Below, piece by piece: positions 1 to 7,284 of a stretch of DNA of 64,000 nucleotides. The stretch comes from a virus: the IMG/VR virus record IMGVR_UViG_3300037465_000558, one strand, 5' to 3'. The first letter of the stretch is position 1, and every line of letters starts with the position of its first letter. Below the pieces are notes generated by a model. The model was not told the origin of the DNA and did not search any database. It saw only the letters and a list, made by a program, of their open reading frames with translations. The position numbers and the translations under genes were made by a program.

Positions 1-1
1 T

Positions 2-526
2 GGAGGGGATCGGAACCTGGAAGAGGACAAAGGGCGCGGCGCCCGAACCTTGAACCTGGACGATGCCGAGCGCCGCCGCGCCCACGGCACCACCCGCTGC
101 GGCGAGGAGCGCGCCGCCCGCCGCGACGGCGGCGGCGTTGAGGCCGTTCACGACGATGACGCGCGTCACGGACTCGCGCCGGCCGCGGTAGCCCGGGTGC
201 GTGAGCGGGCTCGGCTGGGTGACGATCTGGGGGACGTTGACGAGCGCCCGCTTGATCGCGTCCTCGACCGACTGCGCCTTCCGCTCGTCCTCGATCGTGG
301 GCGGGGGGAGCGGCGGGCAGTAGGGCTGGATGACGACCTGACCCACGCACGACTGGACACCGTCGGCACAGGAGTCGAGCCGCGCGACCGTGACGCCGCA
401 ACATGCCGGAGCGGGCGTCGCGAAGACGGGCGTCCAGCGCCCGCGGACCTCGACCCTGGGCGAGTTCGCTTCCTTCCTGCGAAGGATCGCCTGGGCTTCC
501 CGGAGAGAGACCGGACGCAGCGCCAT
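2..526 (-). CDS. Putative virion structural protein, partial (runs off left edge)
   Basis: Hand-translated from ATG at 526, just after the TAA of the upstream gene: MALRPVSLREAQAILRRK...GAVGAAALGIVQVQGSGAAPFVLFQVPIPS, open to the edge. Missing from the ORF track because it has no stop in the window. Confidence 0.7.
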   Translation of the reverse strand, partial: MALRPVSLREAQAILRRKEANSPRVEVRGRWTPVFATPAPACCGVTVARLDSCADGVQSCVGQVVIQPYCPPLPPPTIEDERKAQSVEDAIKRALVNVPQIVTQPSPLTHPGYRGRRESVTRVIVVNGLNAAAVAAGGALLAAAGGAVGAAALGIVQVQGSGAAPFVLFQVPIPS

Positions 527-529
527 GGC

Positions 530-1708
530 TTACCGCGCTCCCTCCTCGAAGAACCGGACCGGGGCCGAGCCCGCGGCGCGCGCCTGAGCGACGCGCTCGG
601 CGATGACCTGAGCGTCGTTCGAGAAGTGACGCCCCTCGGGTTCCTCGGCGTTGAGGAGCCAGCCCTGGAAGCACGTGCGGAGCGTGATCGTGCCCGGGTC
701 GGCCGATGTGAAGCGGACGACGATGGCCGAGCGTCGCTTGAAGAGGTGCGTCCAGCCGCCGCGCGGGAAGCCGAGGCTCGCCGCCCGGATGACGCCGCCC
801 GAGGGGAAGCCCGCGATCGTGACCGTGGGGCAGGCCATGAAGTCGCGCCAGCGGAGCCCCTGGAGCCCGGCCACGCCCGCGAGGTCGACGAGCCCGCGCG
901 TCGTGTCGTCCTCCATGATCTGGGCATCGAGAAGAGGTTCCAAGCCCGTTGTGGACGTGCTGTCATCGAGGATCCAGCGCGCGAGGAAGTCGGCGAAGGA
1001 CGGGATCGGGAAGCGGAGGTCGATCTGGGCACCCGGGAGAAGCGTGACCTGGGGGCCCGTGAAGGCCGCCTCCATGTGCTGAGGGCCGATCCAGTAGGGC
1101 CAGGCATGCGCGAGCAGCTCCGCCTTGCGACGCTGGTCAGCACAAAGCTCGCGACCGCGGTCGATGAACTTCCGCCCCCAGGAGACGGCTGAAACGGTGT
1201 TGGGCGCGGCCACGAGGTTGCGGACGGTCACGCGCCAGTCCGTCTTGGCGAGCGAGTAAATGGGCGACGGCAGGAGCGCCGGCAACTGCGCCGTCCCGAA
1301 CATGAGGTTCGCCGAGATGAGGACGTTCGAGAGGTACTTGTCGAAGGGGCTCGCGACGTAGGGGCGGACCGCGACACGCTGGGCGTTGGTGCTCGTGAGC
1401 ATGAGCGCGCCCACCTGGTAGTCGCCGCGCGAGCCGGCCCCGCCGCCCACCTGGAGGTTGAACTCAGCCTCTTCGTTGGCCGCCATGGCGACCGGAAAGA
1501 GTCGGTCCTGGAACCGGAAGGGCGCGAATCGCCACTTCACGAGCCCCTTGTCAGCGTTGAGGCAGTAGCTCCCGTCGCCGCCGTCCTTCGGGTCGGACCA
1601 GAGGAGCGTGGGGACGTCGGGCGCCCACACCATGGAGGGCGCATCCCGAGAGCCGCCCGAGAGCCGGGCCGGGCTCGACGCGAGCGTGGGATCCGCCGCG
1701 GGGGCCAC
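530..1708 (-). CDS. Putative capsid protein (two-domain beta-sandwich, jelly-roll-like), paralog A
   Basis: Real part of ORF 530..1885. GTG at 1708 overlaps upstream TAG (alternative ATG 1633). Clear paralog of 1708..2757 (FGTAQLPALL, NTVSAV, ILDDSTSTTG[LV]EPLL). Fold is inferred. Confidence 0.6.
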   Translation of the reverse strand: MAPAADPTLASSPARLSGGSRDAPSMVWAPDVPTLLWSDPKDGGDGSYCLNADKGLVKWRFAPFRFQDRLFPVAMAANEEAEFNLQVGGGAGSRGDYQVGALMLTSTNAQRVAVRPYVASPFDKYLSNVLISANLMFGTAQLPALLPSPIYSLAKTDWRVTVRNLVAAPNTVSAVSWGRKFIDRGRELCADQRRKAELLAHAWPYWIGPQHMEAAFTGPQVTLLPGAQIDLRFPIPSFADFLARWILDDSTSTTGLEPLLDAQIMEDDTTRGLVDLAGVAGLQGLRWRDFMACPTVTIAGFPSGGVIRAASLGFPRGGWTHLFKRRSAIVVRFTSADPGTITLRTCFQGWLLNAEEPEGRHFSNDAQVIAERVAQARAAGSAPVRFFEEGAR

Positions 1709-2757
1709 TAGGACACCATCCTCGACTGGATGTCGCCGGCCTGGGACTTGAGCTGGGCCTGCACCGGCTCGGAGACGTAGATGAGCGTCCCGCCGAACGC
1801 GGTGCGAAGCGTGATCGTTCCGGCGTCGGTCGACGTGAAGACGACGCGGATGCGGGTCGAGCGCTCGAACAGGTGGCTCCAGCACCCGCCCGGCGACGGG
1901 AAGCTCGCGGCGCGGAAGAAGCCGCCCGAGGGCGACCCCGCCACGGCGAGCGTCGTTGGCGAGGCGAGGAAGTCGCGCCAGGACATGGCGACGTCGTTGA
2001 GCGGGCTCCCACGGTCGCCCTCGAAAATCTGCGCCGTGAGCAGCGGCTCAACGCCCGTGGTCGAGGTGCTGTCGTCGAGGATCCAGCGGCAATCGAAGGC
2101 CGCGTCGCCGGGCAGAGGGTATTCGAGTGTGACCGTGGCGCCGGGCGCGAGCACGACCTCGGGACCGCCCGGAACAATGACGCCCGCGCCCGTGACGCCC
2201 GTGGTCGGCCCCACCCAGTAGGGGTGCATGAAGCGCGAGAGGAGTTGCGCCTGGCGCACGTCGGGCTCGCGGTCGCGACCGCGGTCGACCTGACGGCGCC
2301 CGAAGACGACCGCCGAGACCGTGTTCCCGGCGCCCGAAAGCTCGCGGACGCGGAAGGTCCAGTCGATCGAGGCGTAGGAGTAGATCGTCTGGGCGAGCAG
2401 CGCCGGGAGCTGCGCCGTCCCGAAGAGGAGCGACGTCGGGATCGGGATGTTTGAGAGTTCCTTATCGAGGATCGGCACGTAGGGCTGGATGGCGAGCCGG
2501 CCCGTGGACGTGAGAAGGAAGGCGAGCGCCTCCACGTCGCCGCGGTTGCCGTCCTCGGGCGTGGTGCGGATGTTGAACTCGGTCACCTGGTTGGCGCCGA
2601 GGACGGCGGGGAAGGTGTTGTTGAGGCGCGCCGGCTGCCACGACCACTTCGAGGCCGCCTTCTGAGGGTTGATGACGTAGATCCCTCGCTCCTCGTCATA
2701 GAGGAGCGGCGGGATGTCGCCCGAGACAAGACCGACGACCGCGTCCTGGTAGATCAT
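1708..2757 (-). CDS. Putative capsid protein (two-domain beta-sandwich, jelly-roll-like), paralog B
   Basis: 349 aa, beta-strand pattern, collinear similarity with 530..1708, ATGA overlap with upstream gene. Confidence 0.6.
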   Translation of the reverse strand: MIYQDAVVGLVSGDIPPLLYDEERGIYVINPQKAASKWSWQPARLNNTFPAVLGANQVTEFNIRTTPEDGNRGDVEALAFLLTSTGRLAIQPYVPILDKELSNIPIPTSLLFGTAQLPALLAQTIYSYASIDWTFRVRELSGAGNTVSAVVFGRRQVDRGRDREPDVRQAQLLSRFMHPYWVGPTTGVTGAGVIVPGGPEVVLAPGATVTLEYPLPGDAAFDCRWILDDSTSTTGVEPLLTAQIFEGDRGSPLNDVAMSWRDFLASPTTLAVAGSPSGGFFRAASFPSPGGCWSHLFERSTRIRVVFTSTDAGTITLRTAFGGTLIYVSEPVQAQLKSQAGDIQSRMVS

Positions 2758-3422
2758 GCGCTGCCTCCCGCGGCCGCAGCCGCCAAGGGCTCGGGTTCCT
2801 TCGCGGGCTCGGGCGCCTTCACGAGGAGCGCGTGGAGGTCAAGCGCCGCGTTCCATTCGGAGTCGAGGCGCGCTCGAAGCGCCGCGGGATGAAGGAGGAG
2901 AGCCTCTTGCTCCGCCTCGTCGGTGAACGTGTGCGAGACCTGAGTTTGCGCAAGCGGGAAGTGACAGGCAATGTCGTAGGCCGCGTGCGTGAGCCCGTTC
3001 GCCTTTCGCCAGTCGCGATCGAGGTAGCAGAAGAAGGCCGGAACGAAGAAGCGGCGGTGGGTCGGATCCTGGAAGGCACGATCGTTGTGCGCCTGCGGGA
3101 CGAGAACCTCGCACGTTCCGCCCGGAACGAGGATGCGGTGGATCTCGTCGAAGACCTTGAGGAGGAGGTCGACGGAGCGCTCGTTCACTTGGAACGAAGT
3201 AAGAGCGCATGTCCACGCCGTGGCGCCCGGCGTCCAGAAGAGCATCGGCACGTGTTCGAGCCAGTGGCTCGTGCGCACGGCCTCGAAGGAAGCATCCCCG
3301 AAGGGCCACGGGAAGCGGAGCAGGTTGACGATGTGCTGCACGCCCGGCAGCGGCGCGATGTCGGCGCCCTCGTAACCGGGAGCGCAGTTCTGGCCGCAGG
3401 CGAGGTCGAGCTTCCGGCCCAC
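2754..3422 (-). CDS. Class I SAM-dependent methyltransferase
   Basis: GTG 3422 with GGGGAGG RBS; KLDLACG motif I, FPWPFGDASFEAVRTSHWLEH, RILVPGG, AFQDPTH. Confidence 0.85.
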   Translation of the reverse strand: MGRKLDLACGQNCAPGYEGADIAPLPGVQHIVNLLRFPWPFGDASFEAVRTSHWLEHVPMLFWTPGATAWTCALTSFQVNERSVDLLLKVFDEIHRILVPGGTCEVLVPQAHNDRAFQDPTHRRFFVPAFFCYLDRDWRKANGLTHAAYDIACHFPLAQTQVSHTFTDEAEQEALLLHPAALRARLDSEWNAALDLHALLVKAPEPAKEPEPLAAAAAGGSA

Positions 3423-4258
3423 TAGTAGACCCTCCCCGTCGCGACATCCAGGTGTCCCACGGCCACGCGCAGGTCGACCGCGAAGCGCTTCCCTGCCTTG
3501 CGGGCGCGCCACGCGAAGTAGAGGTCTTGCGAGAGCCCCTTATGGATCTCCTTGCCCGCGTCCTCGGGCACGATCTCTCGCGGGTGCTTGAGCACGCCGC
3601 CCACGAGCAGCCGGTCGCCCGGCGTCACGAACCATGGCGGTTCGATCTCGCGGAAGAGATCGAGTCGCCAGAGCGCGCAGCCCTGCGGGATGCCGTTGCA
3701 CTCGACGACGTGCTGGCCTTGCGCGAGCGCCTGGGCAAGCATGCGCTTGTCGGCGGCGCGGAAGTCGACGGAGCCGTCTTCCGCGAGACTCCCCGGGTCG
3801 CCGCAGACGAGTGGCGTCCGGTTCACGTCCTTGGTGTGGTAGAGCCCGGAGACGGCCGCCCACTCGCCGCCGTCGGGCGGGCCTTCCTCCATGGTCTCCA
3901 GGAGCCGGAGGTGAGCATCCGCGGGCGGGAGGTTGTCGTCCTCCAGCGTGAGGAGGTAACGCGCCTTGGAGAGATGGGAATCCGCCAGGATTCTCTTTAC
4001 GAGCGCGTTGTAGGCGGCCTCCACCTTGTAGCCGCGAGCGAAGAGCGGCCCGAGGCGCTTCTGGTTCGGAGGGGCCATGGACATGAGGCCCATCCAGGAC
4101 TCGATGACGCGCGAGTCGACCTGCCCGCGCGTGGGCACGACGACGATGGTCGACTGGTCGAGGTAGCGCTCGCCCCGCTCGGGCGGCGGCAGGATCTCCA
4201 CGCCTTCGGCCTTCGCCGAGAGGAGAGAGACGGCCTCGTCCAGTTCTCGCATCGCCAT
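3422..4258 (-). CDS. GT-A fold (family 2-like) glycosyltransferase
   Basis: IVVVPTRG start, YLLTLEDDNLPP (DxD-like), SQDLYFAWRARKAG..VDLRVAVGH. Start 4258 or 4252. Confidence 0.8.
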   Translation of the reverse strand: MAMRELDEAVSLLSAKAEGVEILPPPERGERYLDQSTIVVVPTRGQVDSRVIESWMGLMSMAPPNQKRLGPLFARGYKVEAAYNALVKRILADSHLSKARYLLTLEDDNLPPADAHLRLLETMEEGPPDGGEWAAVSGLYHTKDVNRTPLVCGDPGSLAEDGSVDFRAADKRMLAQALAQGQHVVECNGIPQGCALWRLDLFREIEPPWFVTPGDRLLVGGVLKHPREIVPEDAGKEIHKGLSQDLYFAWRARKAGKRFAVDLRVAVGHLDVATGRVY

Positions 4259-4278
4259 TCGTAGTTCCGTTGCGACCC

Positions 4279-4310
4279 AAAGGGGCGGCGGGCGCACCCG
4301 CCGCCCCCCT
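4279..4310 (-). terminator. Intrinsic terminator-like hairpin
   Basis: 11-bp perfect GC stem GGGGCGGCGGG/CCCGCCGCCCC with 4-nt loop, followed by TTT on the minus strand; short U tract. Confidence 0.6.
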
Positions 4311-4327
4311 GGGAGGAGAAGAACGTG

Positions 4328-4756
4328 CTAGCTGGTGTACGGCGGGATCGCGGCCGGGCGCGCGCCGCCGAGGTCGTAGCCGATGAGGTTAAGCGAGATG
4401 TTCGAGTTCGCGGCGAGGTTGGCGTCGACCTGGAGCGTCATCGCCGTCGCCGCCGTGCCGGGGAGGTGAAGGTCATCCTCATCCACCTTCTGGACGCCGC
4501 CGATGCCCGCGGCGACGGTGTTGGACTGCGCCGTGAGCGTCCACTGACGCAGGATCGTCGCGCCGTCGCGGAGCGAGCACTGGACGGGGGGCTGGGCCGC
4601 GGCGCCCGCCCCGATCGTGATGGTGACGCGCTTGGCGACATGGCGGACACCCGCCGCGCCCGCCGCGCGCGTGGCCGTCGCCGTGGCGGCGCCCGTCGTC
4701 GTGGCGGTCGCCGACCAGAGGTCCAGGCCGGAGTGAACCGGAGTCGGAATGGACAT
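4328..4756 (-). CDS. Small beta-rich putative virion protein
   Basis: 142 aa, Ala/Thr/Gly-rich beta pattern ending SLNLIGYDL; GAGGAG upstream; GC3-rich codons. Confidence 0.7.
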   Translation of the reverse strand: MSIPTPVHSGLDLWSATATTTGAATATATRAAGAAGVRHVAKRVTITIGAGAAAQPPVQCSLRDGATILRQWTLTAQSNTVAAGIGGVQKVDEDDLHLPGTAATAMTLQVDANLAANSNISLNLIGYDLGGARPAAIPPYTS

Positions 4757-4762
4757 CTTCTT

Positions 4763-6094
4763 CTACTGCTCCTCGGCCCGGGGCTGGTGTGCCGTGCCGG
4801 GCTCTTGGGGCTTCTGGTGATTGGCCTCGGGCACGGCGCCTTCGGCTCGTGGTGAGAGTTTCTTGCCGCGCTGAACGATGCCGATCGCCCAGAGAGCGGC
4901 AGTTTGCCCGCGACGAGGCGACAGTGTCTCGCCGATCTCGCGGAAGGTCTTCCCTTGAGCACGCATAGCGTTTACTTGAGGCAAGAAAACCTGGAGCTTC
5001 CAGCCTCGCCCGTGATGAGGTATCGCGCCCTTGCGAGCGGCCCGTCGAAGTGCACCCTCGACAACGTGTCGCCCCTTGAAGCCGAGGCTCTTGGCGATCT
5101 CGTGACTCTTGAGTCCTTGATCGCGCAACTCAAGAATCCGCGGCAGAAGTCGCTCGACGCGACCAAGGCCATTGCTACGCCTTCCAGCGTCCGCATTGCC
5201 TTCGCGGCCACGCGGCTCGATCCCGTGGCGATAGCACGCGTCGGCAACGCCTTTGCGCTCGAACCCCATGGAGTCGGCGATCTCGGCGTGTGTCTCGCCA
5301 GCCTCACGCCGTTCCTGGATCTCGCTCATGCGATCTTCGATCGCGAAACGATGGACGGGGTCGCGCTCCATGGTCGAGATGGCGAGTGCGAGCGTGTCGC
5401 GCTTCCGCGGACTCTCGAAGTTCACGACCTCGGCGAATCGCCTGATGGCCCGGTGGTAGCTCAGTATGAGCCTGTACGACTCTCGTCGAGTCTCGGGACC
5501 ACGGCGCCGGTCGGTCTCCCATCGATGGTCGATTTCGAGATCGCGAAGAATGCCTGAGACCTGTTCGAGACCTTTATGGTTGATGCTCGTCAGAGAGATG
5601 CGCCGCATGAACGTCTCGGGAATGTATTGAACGTGCCCCTCAGCGTCCGCGAAGCCACTCACCCATCCGGCGCGCACATCGAGAGGCGCACTGAGTACTC
5701 TCTCGTCGATCCTCCAGCGGTAGACGCCGAAGATGCCGTGACCAAGAACGTCCTCGACGACGAGCCGCCACGAGCACCGCACGATGTAGTTCGTCTGCGT
5801 ACGCTTTCCCTTGCCTGGCGCGAACGCCTTGACGGTCGCGTGAGCACCATAGACCTCGTCGAATTTGCGAACGATCACTCCAGCGTCTTCGAGGTGAGTC
5901 CCGGCCGCGACTACGATCTGGCAGACGCGGCCGGGCTTGTAGGTCACCGAGCCGTCTCCCGCGATGTGGCCCAAAAGCCACGCCTTCTCGCGGGAGACGC
6001 TCGTGTCCTGGGGCTTGATGGCGCAGAGACCAGCCACGACCCTCTCCTGCGAGAGAATCATAGTAGAAGCTGCACACAAGAGCAACCAGAACAT
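4763..6094 (-). CDS. Double-motif LAGLIDADG homing endonuclease with C-terminal HTH-like extension
   Basis: Motifs WLLGHIAGDGSV and GWVSGFADAEGHV; C-terminal segments such as GETHAEIADSMG, GLKSHEIAKSLG, GKTFREIGETL. Lies directly 3' of the intron P9 region. Confidence 0.85.
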   Translation of the reverse strand: MFWLLLCAASTMILSQERVVAGLCAIKPQDTSVSREKAWLLGHIAGDGSVTYKPGRVCQIVVAAGTHLEDAGVIVRKFDEVYGAHATVKAFAPGKGKRTQTNYIVRCSWRLVVEDVLGHGIFGVYRWRIDERVLSAPLDVRAGWVSGFADAEGHVQYIPETFMRRISLTSINHKGLEQVSGILRDLEIDHRWETDRRRGPETRRESYRLILSYHRAIRRFAEVVNFESPRKRDTLALAISTMERDPVHRFAIEDRMSEIQERREAGETHAEIADSMGFERKGVADACYRHGIEPRGREGNADAGRRSNGLGRVERLLPRILELRDQGLKSHEIAKSLGFKGRHVVEGALRRAARKGAIPHHGRGWKLQVFLPQVNAMRAQGKTFREIGETLSPRRGQTAALWAIGIVQRGKKLSPRAEGAVPEANHQKPQEPGTAHQPRAEEQ

Positions 6095-6129
6095 TTAACC
6101 TCGGTGTTCCTTTCTTTGACGTTCTTCCT

Positions 6130-6461
6130 AGAGACTGGCGCGCGCCATGCGTTTCGTTGCGTCTCGGTCGCTTCCACCGAAACTCTCCGACTTTCGCCGG
6201 AGACCAGACTATATCTTGATCCTCTCGGATCCCGCGTGCTTCGAGCCCGCTTGGGCCCTACTCCCCGAAGGGATAGTCGTTGAACCTTCCGCGGTTCTCG
6301 CGGCTCGGCTGCTGATTGCCCAATCCCAGGTTCTTTTTTGCGTTCACGTTTGGCCTTCCGGTCTGCGTTGTAGCGTCCTGGGCTCTAAGGGTGTTCCAGC
6401 ATTTCTCGCGGTTGCTTTCACTCGCCGTTTCCACGGCGAGGGGGCCTAGTTGAGACTCTTG
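6130..6461 (-). ncRNA. Group I intron ribozyme core (IA-like, with P7.1/P7.2)
   Basis: Minus strand P AAATGCTGGAA (6404-6394), Q AATCAGCAG (6317-6309), R TTCAACGACTA (6284-6274), S AAGATATAGTC (6217-6207). P2 8-bp stem with GGAA loop, P3 CCGCG/CGCGG, P8 GATCC-GAGA-GGATC, P9 CTCCGGC-GAAA-GTCGGAG. Confidence 0.93.
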
Positions 6462-7105
6462 ACCCCGTCGAGCGCCGAGAAGGCGTAGTACGGCACAAGC
6501 GCCGCGAGGGCGCCGCCCACCGCCGCCGGGACCGCCGCCGCGCCCGGCCAGCCCATCTCGACTTCGAGCTGCTCCAGCCCCACGATCTTATAGGGCTGTC
6601 CATCCGAGACGATGACCTTGCCGCCCCGCTCGGCGATGCAGGGGGCCATCATGTTGAACCCGGCGAAGCCGCCGACGAGGAACCGCGCGTCCGTGAAGGA
6701 CACGAGGTCGCGGAGGTTCGCCGTGATGAGCGGGCTCTGCGTGAACTTGGCCCGGATGAAGCCGTTCTCGCGGATCCGTTCGAGCTGCTCGAACACCCCC
6801 GCGCCGAGGATGCCCGAGAGGTCGGCGCCGAGCGTCCGCGGCCCCGCCCTCCACTCGAACCACAGGAGCTGGTAGCCCTGGGGCAGGCCGCCGCCGGGGC
6901 CGCCGAGGTTCGTGTCGCGCCCGTTGCGCTGCTTCGCCTCGGCGTTGGTGCCGGCGACCTGGAAGCCGGAGAAGTTCTGGAAGAGCGTGATGCTCGCGGG
7001 GAGGCCCTGGCCCGTCCCCGTGATGACCTCGGAGTCGTACGCGGACTCCTTACGGTCGGTGGCGTCGATCGAGGTGACCGGCGCGATCGTGGTCTGCTGC
7101 GGCAT
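6446..7105 (-). CDS. Putative major capsid protein (single jelly-roll-like); last codons interrupted by the intron
   Basis: 219 aa with AYDS..ITLFQ..RDTNLGG..GLPQGY pattern and C-terminal ALDGV, a pattern I associate with jelly-roll capsid proteins; strong AAGGAG RBS. Fold not verified. Confidence 0.6.
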   Translation of the reverse strand: MPQQTTIAPVTSIDATDRKESAYDSEVITGTGQGLPASITLFQNFSGFQVAGTNAEAKQRNGRDTNLGGPGGGLPQGYQLLWFEWRAGPRTLGADLSGILGAGVFEQLERIRENGFIRAKFTQSPLITANLRDLVSFTDARFLVGGFAGFNMMAPCIAERGGKVIVSDGQPYKIVGLEQLEVEMGWPGAAAVPAAVGGALAALVPYYAFSALDGVKSLN

Positions 7106-7189
7106 GAGAGCTTTTCTCCTTCGGTCCCGCGGAGGGGTTTGTGTCCCGTTCCCCGCTGGCCTCGGGGGTGTGGCTCCTCAGTTCAAGGG

Positions 7190-7246
7190 AGGCCGCGGTC
7201 GAGTCCCTTGGGCCGAGAAGCTCAACCCTCTTCTCGACCGCGGCCT
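7190..7246. repeat. 14-bp perfect inverted repeat in the leader of the capsid gene
   Basis: AGGCCGCGGTCGAG (7190-7203) / CTCGACCGCGGCCT (7233-7246), 29-nt spacer. Confidence 0.8.
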
Positions 7247-7284
7247 TGTGCTCGCTCGCGGATCAAGCCGCGCTCATCACGCGA

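Larger units (their letters stand above)
4332..6461 (-). mobile_element. Group I intron with homing endonuclease (full extent; 3' splice site provisional)
   Basis: 5' splice site predicted after GGGGU (6462) by P1 U.G pairing. 3' site ACCAG|CUAG at 4332 satisfies P9.0, P10 and reading frame; alternative 3' site at 4848. Confidence 0.6.

Noticed and set aside
4763-6094. LAGLIDADG domain as part of an intein
   Set aside because: No N-terminal C/S/T splice block or C-terminal HN motif, not in frame within a host protein, and a group I RNA core lies immediately upstream.
6092-6135. Short-intron 3' splice sites at 6135 (GCCAG|UCUC) or 6092 (AAAUG|UUCUGG)
   Set aside because: 6135 has P9.0 but no stacked P10 and competes with a local hairpin; 6092 has a displaced P10 and no P9.0. 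Not excluded, but weaker than 4332 or 4848.
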